A stretch of DNA of 59,023 bases, counting the filler, from Asterionella formosa (lineage: Eukaryota): the NCBI GenBank assembly GCA_002256025.1. It is 9 parts of 9 records of this genome, joined end to end, with 100 filler letters (N's around TTAATTAATTAA, not from the genome) between each part and the next. Parts side by side here need not be neighbours in the genome. Positions count along the whole stretch, not along the records: positions 32,866 to 39,332 come from NKIB01012696.1; positions 39,433 to 45,897 come from NKIB01012697.1; 7 more parts are not named here. The stretch is one strand, 5' to 3'. The notes under the pieces are model-generated. The model did no database searches and had not been told where the DNA came from. It saw only the letters and a program-made list of their open reading frames with translations. Within the stretch, counting starts at the first letter, position 1. Each line of letters opens with the position of its first letter. Positions 33,109-45,997 of this stretch are shown in pieces. The translations under genes and the position numbers were made by a program.

Positions 33109-35399
33109 TCGTGTGTCAATCTCGCGTCCATGCATCCTTGTATAGAATAGCAGCGAGTATCATTAACAGTGATTATTACAGTTGAGACGGGTTAAAGGAA
33201 CTTTAAGAATGAAGTAATTATGGACTACCGAAATTATCGGTAGATAGAACATATACAGGTATTGCTCTCCTTTTCCTTGCAGGTAGAATTTTCTTGAAAA
33301 TATCACTGTTAACCCTAACTTCGTTATTATGATTGGTAGAATATACTACCAAAACGAGATAACAAATTCTACCAAAAATTCTACATGGTAGAATTTTGAC
33401 CTGTTACATACCTCATACTGACCACGTAAATATTTGCCAATACCTTGGAGGTATTTTCTGTCCTCAGTAGAAGACTACCAAGGCCTACGAGAAAATACTA
33501 CCTTGGTAGAATTTCGGGACTATTATACTGGTAGACACCCAACAGGTTTTTCAGCTACTGGTATTTCAATTTCGGCACCAGCATTTGTAGTAATGAGGAG
33601 TTCCTTGGTGTGCCTCTACAAACTGGATGAACAAATGAAATGGCTGTATCTAGTACCAGGATACCTTTTGTCAGTGCACGTGCCTGGCACGGTGGTGCGT
33701 ACAAAAATAACAAGGTGGTACACCAGTGTCGGGGCAATTAAGTGATCAAGTGATTACTGTAGGCACCTGGTACTCGGAGTACACCTGGTAATCGGTACCA
33801 CGTCCCTGGTACGGAGTATGTAACAGGTACCGGTACTCTGGTACTTCGGAGCTTCGTAGTACTTGAGGAAGTCTCGAGAACTGGGACAGCTGGTACGGCG
33901 GAATATGTACAAGGTACCCTGGTACCTTGTACATTTTAAAAATTAAGTATGTAGTGTAGCCTATGTACTTTACGGAAGCTTGGTATGCTTACTGTACGTG
34001 GATGGTGCTGTGGATGAGACGATCAGCGATTCGGTTGTGCAATGAAGTAGATGGCACTACGTAGGTATGTGACTCGAAAATGCAAAAACACAAGAGATAC
34101 CTTGCTCAATATATTTGTCCGCCCCGCCCTAATTGGTATCAACGAACGTGGATGGTCTATCCAGATACCAAGGATGGGATTACAGTCACCGTGAAATGAT
34201 TGATTTTTGTATCACAATTTCGCTGTAGCAATAACAGTTTGACACTGAAGCACGAGACGACTCTTTGCAGTGACGGAAGAGCGATTTCGGCGATTGAGAC
34301 GGGAAAGTGAACATCACATCCGTCTTGTCTCGACCCACCAGCAGAAACGAAAAGGAGGTATCATTCATGATACAACTCCTGCTGATGCTGCAGTAAGGAG
34401 AAAAGAAGGAGAAAAAGTACGCCGCAGTCTGTCATGTTCATCGTTGTCGAGAACTGACACTGGAACCCCACATCTCCGACTCTTTGCTCGTTTGTCTCAT
34501 TGGCTTGTGGATGTTCCTGAAGAAGAGCCACCACCTGTGCCAATTCGCCACTACTGGTTCAAGCGGAAGGGTCAAGCTCAACTATTATGGCTTTATCTAC
34601 CCCCAATGCTTTCTTTACTCCCAATTCAAGTCAGTGAGGTTAAGATAGAGGGCAAATTTATCTCCCATCCTTCGATATGTCTCTCCGAATATGGAGATGA
34701 CAGAAATAATGATACCAATCAGTCCGACGGGTTCCTTACTTACTTTTGCTGCTCTCATTCCAGACATATGAGAGCTTTATATTGATTGGTCGAAAAATGG
34801 GAGAAATGGGTCTCCATTGACATGCTCCTTCATGGACTCTATCAATGATCACCTAGAATTCATTAGGTTCCAACAATTATATGAAGCAAATTAAAAAGGT
34901 CTTGCCTCCCAAAATTGCTTGAAACCATGAATCTCCCACATGCTTCTTCTAGAATGGAAGAAACTAGGTCTGAAAGGATGATTTGGATTTCAATTTCTTT
35001 CGTGTTTTGGATGTCATGACATTTCTGATGATAAAATGGGAACACTCACCCACATGTGTAAATTCAAAATTATTACTATTATGTTCCCAAAATCAATAAA
35101 TATTGTGATGGGAGAAAACTGGATCATGAAGTAACCATGGAATTTCTCCTCCCATAAGAAATGCTTTCAAAATGCAGAAAGGAAACAAAAAACAATTACT
35201 TACATTTAACTTCAAACTCGTTCTTCACCCATATGATGTTACCAACTTTGTCCAAAACAGGAACCAGGTTCTTTTCCTTATGGTCCTTTTCAGAAATTTT
35301 ATCACGGGATGGTCCAACAATTGGAGTTAGCCTCTTCCAATCCAACTCAATAACAGACTTGCTTGAAAGAATTTTATCAAGCTCTTTTGTAAGGGGATA

Positions 35400-37159
35400 T
35401 CATATCATAACATTGGCTAATTTCTCAATTGATTCAGTTGAACAATAAAATTCCAGCTAAAATTTGACCAGCAGGTGCTGCAACTTTTAGAAGAAACAAA
35501 GCACATCTGATTGCAGGTGCAACATCTGTCACCCATTTCCTGGTAACTTGCATAGTAAAACAGGCTTCTTTTTCATCAACACCTGAATGCTGACAAACAA
35601 AGAATATCTGAACTTCAGTTTTTATCCAATGTTTTGGCTTGGGGCCCCTTCTTCATAAAGTGGAACAATATAGACAATTTTGGGACACTTTGCCTCTACT
35701 CCAGCAGTAAGATTAGCAAGGCCCTTTGTAACTTGTGACTGTAGATGAGACATCTTCTCCAGAAATTCTTTTTGGTTTTGCAAGAGTTTGGACCATTTCT
35801 CATTTTCATCTTGTTTCCTCACATGAAGAACATACAGATTTCTGGACAAGATCTGGCTCTTGAACATTCCTTATTTGAAAAAGACTGGTCACAACCTTTG
35901 ATTGGGCACTGAATGGTCTCATCACCAAGATGCGTAATGACATGATCCTCAAAGCATTGTTGGCATGTGGAATGATCTTTGCACATGGAAACAAAAGTAG
36001 AAACTTTGCTACACACATGACGTTGTTTATTACTTTTATTCAAGCTCAATGTTCCCATTTTTCCACCACAGGATTCTATGGGACCTCCACCAACATTATG
36101 ATATGTTTGACAAACAAGTTCACCCAGTTTCTCAACCAATTCACTAGTTGTTGGCCTATTTCCAAACCGGTACTGAATGCAAGAAATGGCTAATGAGCAC
36201 ACAGAAGACAGACTTCCATCTTCCCATTCATCTGCAAGAGGATCAACATCTTTCGCCAATTCTGGAATTGCCAATTTCAATGCCTCTGCTGGATTTCCAT
36301 CAAAATTTTCTGGGAAGTAGCGTTTAAAGAAATCTCCTTTCTGCCCATTTTGAATGCAGCCTGTCACAAGCTCAATCATGAAAATGCCAAACAAGTAAAC
36401 ATAATAGCATGCCTTAAATGTCTTTTTCTCATGAGAATACCTTGTACATATGTAGCCAGGTGTCCTAAAGACTCCACCAAGTGTTGTGTTCTGAACTGAA
36501 AAAAGATTTGCAATTGAGTCATCCACAGGCACGAACTTGGCCAGGCCACAATCAATCAGTTTGGCAGTATAGTCTCGTCTAAGGCAGATATTAGCCGACT
36601 TGATGTCACAATGAAACAGAATAAAGTTGTCACTTATTTCAGTATCACTTTTCTCTGTATGAAGGAAGTGGATGGCACGAATAATGTGGAACATGATTCG
36701 AAGTTGGATCTCACTTGAGAGGCTTTCTCTGCTTTCTTCACTTGCATAAAATTTATCAAGCGAACCCCTGGATGCATACTCATACAACAGGTATTGAGAA
36801 GGCGAATCAGAGGATATTTGATAGCCATACAAAGATACAATATGGGGGTGTCAGAACCTCTTTAATGCCTGAAACAAGAGAAGAGAAGAATGAGAAACAT
36901 AAAGTCTTGTGAAGACATGATGCAATATCTGATACCACACATGAACTCACCTGCAATTCGATTTTAAAACTTTTGCTAAATTCCTTCACCTTATCTTCCT
37001 TGACAGTTTGTTTACATCATTTAGTAAATCATCACCAATTGAATTACTATAGAGATGAAATGTACTCAAGACAGTATTGACTTTGAGACCCTCTGCAATG
37101 GCCATGGCTCTGTCAACACCAATTGAATTACTCAAGAGAACAATTGTAGTCAAGACAGT
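35400..37159 (-). pseudogene. LRR + IRAK/Pelle-like kinase + Cys/His zinc finger + coiled-coil pseudogene
   Basis: RI-type LRR (SNSIGVDRAMAIAEGLKVNTVLSTFHLYSNSIG); intron 36950-36869 gives ELQ|ALKRF*HPHIVSLYGY; LLYEYASRGSLD, HCDIKSANI, IDCGLAK, TPGY; C..H..C..C...CP...C; in-frame stop and frameshift near 35870; 5' end cut by a transposon. Confidence 0.82.
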
Positions 37160-37508
37160 GGGCGCGCTCTGATAATAAAAAATTATTATATCATGTGTAT
37201 TATAACACAAATCGTTGTACCCATATCCCCAAAATTTGTGTTTGTGTTGACCAAATTCGGTAAACCGTTTACCAAATTTGGTCAACACAAACACAAATTT
37301 TTTACGGTTATAAATAACAGTGCATTATATAAAAAGATGTTTAGACATGAATGAATAAATAGAATTTCCCGGAATATTTCAAGACTTGCTTGCTCATACT
37401 CAAAATGGCTTGCTCTTGCCAAAATAGGTATGCATATACATATGCATATCGTTACATATCAATCAACCTCCTCAATAAATCGATCGTCATCGCTTTTCGA
37501 TTTCGGCC

Positions 37509-38688
37509 ATGTCTTCATCTTCTTCTGGTCAAAGGAGAGCAGCCAGGGAGGGCTTCCCTTCCTCTCCAAGGCTGCTTGAACGTCGCCGTCACCAGCAACA
37601 AGAACAACAACAGACTCAACCAGAAGAAGAGGAGGAGGACGACGACGAGAATGAAGATGACACTGGTGCTGATAAATTTGCCAGTGACGATGAGGACAGT
37701 AGGATAGGTGTCCCAGGTGTTTCTCAGATTGGTGTTTCTGGGGTTACTCATTCCCCATCAAGAACGGCAACTGCCAGGCGAGCACCAACGTTTCCAAGAG
37801 CTCGCCGAAGCATGCAGAGTTGGGGACAACAGTTCAGGATCAATGACATTCTCTCATTTCTGGAAGCCATTTCTACTCACCTGCCAATTGGGTCCCATGA
37901 ATGGGAAGTTGTTGCATCACAGCACAACGAGAATTTCCCAGACAAAGAATGGACAGGACCTTCACTTCGCCGAAAGTTTTTCACAACTGCACAAAGTTAA
38001 GAAACCAACTGGGGACCCAACATGCCCTTCTGAGGTGAGATATTCCAAACAAATTTTTCGAAGAATCGACCAACAAGCAGATTCAAGTGCTGAGATTGAA
38101 TCTACTGATCTTGGAATAGAGAGAGAGCCCAATGAGCCCAATGAGCCCAATATTGATGAGCCAAATGTTGATGATGATTTTATAGCGATTTCTGGGGAGA
38201 GTGAAGACAATGGTGGAGCAGCATCTGCCGCTTATGCTAATTTTTCTGGTTCAAGATTTCCTCGACCTATGGTATCCCCTCGATTTAGAGATAAGGCAGT
38301 GACAAACAATACTGGGCCTGTTGAGAAAGTGCTTTCTCTTCTATTGACACAGTTGCTTCACAAGGCTACTCGAACTGATACTGATAACCTGCAGCAGCAA
38401 CAACTGCAGCAACAGAACATGATGAACATGATGATGATGTCATTCATGGCATCATTGTTTAATCAGCATGGGGTATCTCAAATAACCACCTCCACTGACA
38501 GTGTCAATCCCACTCAGGCAATTATGAATTCAATTATTGCTTCAAACATGATTTCAATGCAGCAAACAATGCAAAGCCACAATCCAACCTCGACAGCAGA
38601 TACCAATGCACAACAAACTTTGTCTGCCTCAACTCAATGTCAAAAACCAAAAAACAACAGTGGTAGCAGTAGTAGTGATGATGAATAA
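37509..38688 (+). pseudogene. Harbinger accessory DNA-binding (Myb/SANT-like, DUF6818-like) ORF with a frameshift near 37980
   Basis: LPIGSHEWEVVASQHNENFP...SLRRKF then SQLHKVKKPTGDPTCPSEVRYSKQI, split over two frames at a T6 run; Q/M-rich tail. Confidence 0.75.
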
Positions 38689-38764
38689 CAACCTTAAATT
38701 AATTCATTCTAATATAATGTGAAAGAAGTGGTGCTAAATAATCATGAAGGAACAATTTCTTTGA

Positions 38765-39332
38765 ATTACATGGCATATCTATTTGCATTCCCATGCAAAT
38801 AGGGCAATTTGGTTCTGACCAACTTTGCTAGCACGAAAGTTGTAGAGCACTACAATCATTTGGAGAATTAATTATCTCTCACCTTTTTCTTCATAACGAA
38901 ATTTGTCTTTGATTCTCGAAAATGATCCCTGAAGGCATCGCATTCCCCATTCCGACAGCTGTCGGATGGAGGTGGCTTTGCGATTCATACCAAATCTTTG
39001 TCAAGGATTACCATTTGCATCAACATTGTTTTGATGCGATTTCAACATTGCATTTGATTTGTTCGATGCAAATGCTGAATCCACAACTAATTTTTTAGCT
39101 GTATCCCTGTAAACTGTTTCAATATGATCATAGATCGATGACCAAAGTGCCATGGTGGAGTCATGTGGAACACCAGGTGCATTGAAATATGAGCAGCGAA
39201 TTTTTCCATCAGGCGAAAAAAGAAACAAGTTTGTCACATAGTGTTCATGGGTCCATCCATTGTAGAAGTTGTTCTGCTGTGTTTCATTTCCAGCCCGTTG
39301 CAGGGTCAGTTTCAGACCATCCATTGCTCCCC
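38765..39332 (-). pseudogene. Harbinger-type DDE transposase, C-terminal half
   Basis: DGLKLTLQ..QNNFYNGWTHEHYV..F.FSPDG.I...NAPG..HDS, VVDSAF, ATSIRQLSEWGMRCLQGSFSR, LYNFRASKVGQNQI; internal stops. Confidence 0.88.
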
Positions 39333-39432
39333 NNNNNNNNNNNNNNNNNNNNNNNNNNNNNNNNNNNNNNNNNNNNTTAATTAATTAANNNNNNNNNNNN
39401 NNNNNNNNNNNNNNNNNNNNNNNNNNNNNNNN
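39333..39432. other. Artificial contig linker
   Basis: Same linker. Confidence 0.98.
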
Positions 39433-41185
39433 GAGATTGTAGACTACATCAGAAAGACAACAATATGCCACCAAATGCACCCATGAACTACATCCAGATT
39501 GGCGACCATATCCTGTTTCAATATTTCCAACTCCTTACTGGATAAATGGGATAAATCACTTTCCTCCTTGACCTGGCTGTTCTTTATTTACTTTCCCAAT
39601 CACTCCTAAAATTTCGGAACTCTTTGGTGACAAGTCATGGACTGCTTCTTCCGGATTGGCAACCATGTCTGGAGTTGCCTTCAATTTACATTTTGCTTTT
39701 GCTTTGGAAGGGGGAGATTTTATATCAAGTCTATCAGATTTGATAGACTCAATTAGACGCTCTGAGGAAGTAGAAACAAGATCTACCATGAGCATACAAG
39801 CAACACGATCTTTACTTTTTGGAATGGTATTGGGAGAAGATGAACTGGCATCAACTATTTCGTTTTCACTCGCCTGTGTCAATGCATAAATGGAGAATAC
39901 ACGACGTCAGTGATCTTTATTTGGAATGACAGGTATGATTGATTCCATCGGCTCGTCAGGAAAAAAAGTTTCCCAATTTTGGCGATGCTTCTCAAATTTT
40001 GCCATAGTGGTGCACAGAAGTTTGTTCCTCTTTTCTTCTGTATCAATACCAGCACCAACAATATTAGTAAAAATACCACAGGGATCATTTGAAACGCCCC
40101 AATAACGGAGAAGTTTATCAACATCATTGGAATCATTTCGACAACCATTGTTGCTGTACGACATTGGAATCAGCTAGCTATTGATTGAATAATCATGGCT
40201 CTGGTACCCTCATAAATATTTTCCACCTCTTTGGAGTGGCGAGAACATATGTGTGGGACAAGCTACACTACGTATATATATGCTTTATAAATATAGCGGT
40301 CACTTTGTGGAAACTATGTGTGTGGCAATGGGGTTAGGCTGTCCTATGTAGTGCCTCTGATGATGCCGATAAAGAGATTTCTTAAAACAATGGGATAGTA
40401 CAATGATGTTATTAAGCAAAGTTACGATTGTTATTTCGAACCCCCTGCTATTCAAGGTTCATGTGATGCTACTATTTCCTGAATGAAATGAAGCTACTTC
40501 CTGATTAGTGATGTTGCGGCTCTAATTCTGCAGCATACAAACGTGCTCGCCAATAGCTGGTCAATGAGAATGGAAGACCCATGATTAAGGCCACGAGCAA
40601 CAAACTGCGCCACCATCTGGTCCATCTTCACTTTGATCCACATCTCATCTTGAAGAACAGATTCGAAATACTGATCGATGTTCGCAATGGGCAAATTATG
40701 ATCAAAAGGTACTATCTTCTTGATTTCGGTTGGAGTTTGAATCGGGTATGGCCTTCAATGCATCGTTCTCCAATTCTGTCATTTAAATTGACCAAAGCTT
40801 TTGATTTCGAGTAACAAACAAACAATCAAACTTCGCCAGCATAATTCCCCATCAATATCGAGACTATATCACTCGTTATAAGACTGAGATCATCGTCGTA
40901 CCCGCAAGAAGGTAGCTTGTAAGGGATTCAACGAACACACATGGCTTGTAAGAAATTCGATTACTGATATGCGAATGGAGAGATAATGACGAATACTACC
41001 GGTACAAGAATTGGATCAAAGCATGTACCGGTAGAGCATTCAAATCGGAATGGCAACAAGGAACACACTGTTGTTGCACAGAATTCATTCTGATAGCATC
41101 ATTGGGTACAAGGTTTACATACACGTAAGGTGATCTGTGTAAAGTCATAACCTTTGCTAAAACAATAATTGATCAAAGAGCAACA

Positions 41186-41550
41186 GCTATTGATCAATCA
41201 AACAACGTATCAATATATCAAAGCATTTGGTTATCATATTAGTTTTGATAACTAATATATATGACTTCTATCTATGCGTAACCTGACGTGTGTAAGGAAA
41301 TAATCTGACAAACAAATTTGATTGACCACACTGACACAGTCATTGATATATCAAAATTATCATCAACATAACAAAACATTTGATCAATACATCAACAATT
41401 TTGGTTAACCGATTAGATTTGGTAACTAATATATACAAGTTCTTATATATGCATAACCTAACGTGTGGATGCTACTAACCTAACGTACAAATTTGATTGA
41501 TCATGCAGACACGGCCGTTGATTTTTCAAAAATATCATCAACATGTCAAA
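41186..41550. repeat. Diverged tandem duplication, unit ~175 bp
   Basis: TTTGGTTA..ATTAG.TTTG.TAACTAATATATA ... CAAATTTGATTGA ... TATCATCAACAT, at ~41226 and ~41400. Confidence 0.8.
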
Positions 41551-42909
41551 AAATATGAATAATCAATCAGTTTTTTAATGTATACTGAGTAAAACGATAG
41601 ATCTAAGGGAAAATATATTCACAGACACAGTAAATTCTAGTAGTAGTCAGCAAATTCTAGTTGTAGTCATCAAATTATAATCATTACCCAAAGGACGGAC
41701 ATGGACCAAACCCGGAGTTTGGGAATGTGATACATTACTTAGCAATGTACTCAAAAAGCCATTTACGATATTTAGCTTTATTCGTGGCTCTCTTTTCTTT
41801 TATTCTACGGTTAGCATTAGTTTTATTCTTGCGAAGTACTTAAGATTGGAGGAATAAAAAATGGACGAAACAGTAATTCTGTACCAGTGTACCATAATGT
41901 ATTGCAGTAGACTCTAAGTACTGGTGCCATATGTATGCATGCTCCAAAAAACGCGAAAAGCACGTGGAGATATTAAGAGGTTCGCAGTAGTTGAAACACA
42001 GAAGGATTCTTGATTCCTGAATCCCACTTAGGTCTCCACTTTTTTGTGTGAAGACAACATTTCCCTACTAGTCATTGTGTTTGATGGAACAACACACAAT
42101 TAGGTACCAAGATTAGCAACCTTCAGACATTTGATAAGGAAAAATGTTGAAGGGAGAATTATATGAAGCTTTTCTCTATGTTTACAAACAAGTTCACCTA
42201 ACCCTGAACTGAGAGTGATTGGAAAGACAAAATTAGTTTTGTCTAAAGGATTGAAGAACATTCGAATCACCCTATTGGAGGTTTGAGGAAAAATTGAATC
42301 ATCATATTGGAGCTACCTGAAATAAGTATTTCAGTCAAGGAACATCTTTGTCCTAGAATCGATCTTGGCTAGATGGATCTTTACTACAGATCCTTCTAGC
42401 ATAGTATGCTACAAGGAAGTGGATGTAATCTACTTTGATACAGCTGTAGGAGCCATGAAGAAACTCGCCTCCAGGGAACAAAGAACAATTCATTTCAGAA
42501 ACTTGTTGGATTTGCCATATTTCAATCGAATCTACATTTCAAAATTACGTTTAGATTAAGCTCATACTTTTAGAAAACACACGAATGAAACTACAAAGAT
42601 TGTCAACAGAATGTAGCATCGTAAATTGTACTCCGTACTAATATTACTCACCGAGTATTTATTTTAACGTGAGAACCTGATATGCTTATATGTTTTATGA
42701 ACCATTGTGTATTCGTGCCGGTACATTTCGGTGTATTTTAGCTGTACATACCGGTACCGGTGTACCAGGTACCTAGTAGTTTGATACTTGTGAGTTGTGA
42801 TACTTGAAATGTAATAGGGTTCGACATGAGGTACTCATTGAAAAATTAGCCGTTGTTGAAGTGTTCCAACATTTATTAATGGAAGAAGCACCAAAAACAA
42901 AAGCCAATC

Positions 42910-43971
42910 ATGACTATCACGTTTCTCTCACCCACAATCATTCTCCTTGCTTCTCTTGTAAATACCCTGAACTCATCTCAAGCATTTCAGATAAAGAAAA
43001 TGCAGGGAATGGCTTCAAAACACGCAATGTTCGCTTTGTCCCCCTCCGTTGCGATTCACGAGGAAAAGATCCAATTAAAATCGGGTGTCGCCGCTCAAGT
43101 GCTATCAAGCATCCCTTCTAATCCGACTCAGCCTCCTCTAGCCTTCGTCCATGGATCCTTTCATGCTGCTTGGTGCTGGTCTGAATGCTACTTTCCATAC
43201 TTTGTCGGACTAGGATACCCTGTCGCCGCCTTGAGTTTACGAGGAACAGGAGGGACATTTGCAGGTAAAGGGGTCAAAAAAGTCAAGATCGAAGATCACG
43301 CCAAGGACCTGCAGTCTTTTCTTGAACAATTACCAAAGGTTCTCAATGGGAATCAAGCCAAACCAATTCTCATTTCGCACTCATTTGGTGGGTTAGTAGT
43401 TATGAAGCATTTGGAGTTGCACCCAAGCGATGCTGCCAACATTAGTGGTATCATAACCCTATGTTCTGTTCCCCCCAGTGGAAATGGAAAAATGACGCTG
43501 AGATATCTACGGCGATCCCTTGTTGATAGCTGGAAGATAACGGCAGGCTTTGCCATGAAGAAATGCATTAAGAATGATGAATTGTGTCGTGACTTATTCT
43601 TCGGAGGTCATGTCGGAAATGGTGGAGGCAATTTCGGAATTTCAAACGACGATATTCATAGATATCAAAGTTATTTTGAACGAGATACAGAAGCTACTAT
43701 TGATATCATGGATCTTATGAAAAGGTTACCGAGCAAGGAAGCTGTTGGAGGCAAAGCGCCGCATTTGGACCAGTTTCCTCCTTGTTTGGTGGTTGGAGCA
43801 ACTCGTGACTTCATTGTCGATGATGTGGGTGTGGAAGAAACTGCGACATACTTTGGACTAGAAAGTCCCACCATGATAGATTCACCACATGATGTGATGC
43901 TAGGTCAGAACTGGGAGAATGGGGCAGGCGCAATTCATCGATTTATTCAAGGTTTCGTTGTCACGTCATAG
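42910..43971 (+). CDS. Alpha/beta hydrolase (esterase/lipase-like), 353 aa, probably plastid-targeted
   Basis: FVHGSFHAAWCW oxyanion region, SHSFGG nucleophile elbow, DFIVD and PHDVML; signal peptide followed by SSQAF. Confidence 0.92.
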   Translation: MTITFLSPTIILLASLVNTLNSSQAFQIKKMQGMASKHAMFALSPSVAIHEEKIQLKSGVAAQVLSSIPSNPTQPPLAFVHGSFHAAWCWSECYFPYFVGLGYPVAALSLRGTGGTFAGKGVKKVKIEDHAKDLQSFLEQLPKVLNGNQAKPILISHSFGGLVVMKHLELHPSDAANISGIITLCSVPPSGNGKMTLRYLRRSLVDSWKITAGFAMKKCIKNDELCRDLFFGGHVGNGGGNFGISNDDIHRYQSYFERDTEATIDIMDLMKRLPSKEAVGGKAPHLDQFPPCLVVGATRDFIVDDVGVEETATYFGLESPTMIDSPHDVMLGQNWENGAGAIHRFIQGFVVTS

Positions 43972-45897
43972 TAAGGAATCGGCAAGTCAAAAATGCGAAT
44001 GATTATGGGAAAAAGTTGATTGATATTGTATTCAACAAGGTAGCTAACTGGCACAGAATAGTGTATGTCTTCATAGATCCAGAGATTTCATCAACTTTCT
44101 ACTGTGTAAAGCAAGGGTATCTGTAATCATGCAGCAGTGCTCTACCAGTGACCTCATTTTGCCAAGAAATGATTATATGTTTTTCCACATTGATTTGTAG
44201 TCAAAAGAAGACTACAACATCCATAGATTATTTATATGAGATTGTGTAGTGAAATGAGTGTTGAGCATGTTTATTGATTGGTTCCTGGGTGGAGGGGTGG
44301 AACCAAAGGGGGGGGGGCAAGAGTTCTTTAATAAAAGTGTACTATAAAATTTGTTTAATAATTATTTTAGTTACTCTTGATGTGCTGGGGCTGGAAAATT
44401 GTAAATTTGAATGAATTATACCCATTGGCCAAATGTAAATAAAAAATACTATATAAATATATCTTCTTTTATTGCACTGTGTGCTATGTGGTTGGTTTTT
44501 AATCTAATGTGCTATGAGAATGTATACACATCAGCCACCTCAGTTTTGTCTTGTATGCGATCACAACAATTATACTTTGGGGGAAAACGAACCAAGATTG
44601 GATGTGCCTTGCTTACTGAAATATTTCTCTTTTCTGAATGCTGTGCTTGTGTATGGTGCGTGTGCTGCCAAATATGACAGGTGCTAGTAATGGATTGATC
44701 AACTCAAGGTTTCTGGCTAGTTAGGCACACATGAATGCCGTTGTGAACTCAATTGGCCCATCCAGCTAAATTGTTGCCATCAGCTTCCGTTTTTAGGTTG
44801 CTCAAGAAATAATCAACAGTCAATGGAGGGTTTCATACATTTGATGACAAAGAAGGGGAAGGGGGGGGGGGCGGCTGTCGGCCATATTTCTATGAAACCC
44901 AAACGTTATGTAGTCAATCAAATTCTCCATGCATGAAAGGACGATTATTGGAATCATTGACATTCGAGCCACCGCTTGGGCGAAGCGATTAAAAAATATT
45001 TGCGCAAGAACTCTTTCTGGTCTGCCCTGATGAGTGTGGCCACCAGGGTACGACCGTCTGTTCGATCCCTCACTCATGACGGTGGGGCTGAACTGGAGTG
45101 ATGAACAAAGAACGTTGCGGCGCTGGCTGACATCAGTTCAGTTCTGCTGGACAAAGTACCAGGATTCTATGTAGCTCTACCTGACGATTCTCCGGTATTT
45201 GAGAAAATGATCAAACTGCCAATCATCAAGACGAATATAGTGAAGCAAGTGCTACAAAGCAGTTTTCGATCTAGTAGATGCAAATCGAATTGGGTTTTCT
45301 GTTTAAATCTTAGCAGACCCAAATCAATTTTCGCTTTCAATACTTCATCATAAACTAATGAAAGATTATTCCGCAAAACAAGTATTATATATGCCTTTTT
45401 GGAATTAGTCAGCACAAACTTGACCGAACAGTTTGTTTTCAGTTCTTGAATGCTCAGTGGATCCTAATCGAAATTCACTCTTTGTGTGAATTATTCTTCA
45501 TTCTATGACAAAACTTCTTCGAAAAAATCTCGACTCACAGCTCCATAGAATTGATGGGGAAATCATATCCAACACCTCTAAACAGCATCAGGTTGGTACC
45601 TAGTACTAACTCAAAAGTCTAGACTAAAGTTGAATGGTCGTGCATTGAGCATACCTGTTGAACCGTGGAAAACCAAACCCGCTACCGGTATTCGATTTCA
45701 AACATGCATTATATTCCGGTACCGGTACCGGTATGTTGAAATGTTATCCTCAATTCAAACATCAAGTAAAGTCATACAAATGGATTCTGGATTCCGTCAT
45801 GAAGTATATTGGTATCTGGCCGAGTACCAGTTACCCTGTTTCCTCGTACTGCACAAAGGTGGTGTCATGATCCACCGTACCTGACAGAGTACCAGGT

Positions 45898-45997
45898 NNN
45901 NNNNNNNNNNNNNNNNNNNNNNNNNNNNNNNNNNNNNNNNNTTAATTAATTAANNNNNNNNNNNNNNNNNNNNNNNNNNNNNNNNNNNNNNNNNNNN
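45898..45997. other. Artificial contig linker
   Basis: Same linker. Confidence 0.98.

Larger units (their letters stand above)
37160..39332. mobile_element. PIF/Harbinger-superfamily transposon (Pangu-like), two convergent ORFs, truncated by the contig end
   Basis: Begins GGGCGCGCTC immediately after AGT inside the LRR coding sequence; accessory ORF on plus strand, DDE transposase on minus strand. Confidence 0.8.

Noticed and set aside
34270..34785. 171-aa ORF as a gene
   Set aside because: GTG start in a eukaryotic context and no recognisable motifs; cannot be supported.
45088..45141. Box C/D snoRNA-like motif (stem CTGAACTG/CAGTTCAG, GTGATGA, CTGA) and nearby CTGATGA as a hammerhead core
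   Set aside because: Only 22 nt between boxes C and D, and no correctly placed GAAA or closing stems for a hammerhead. An Infernal/Rfam scan would be needed to revive it.
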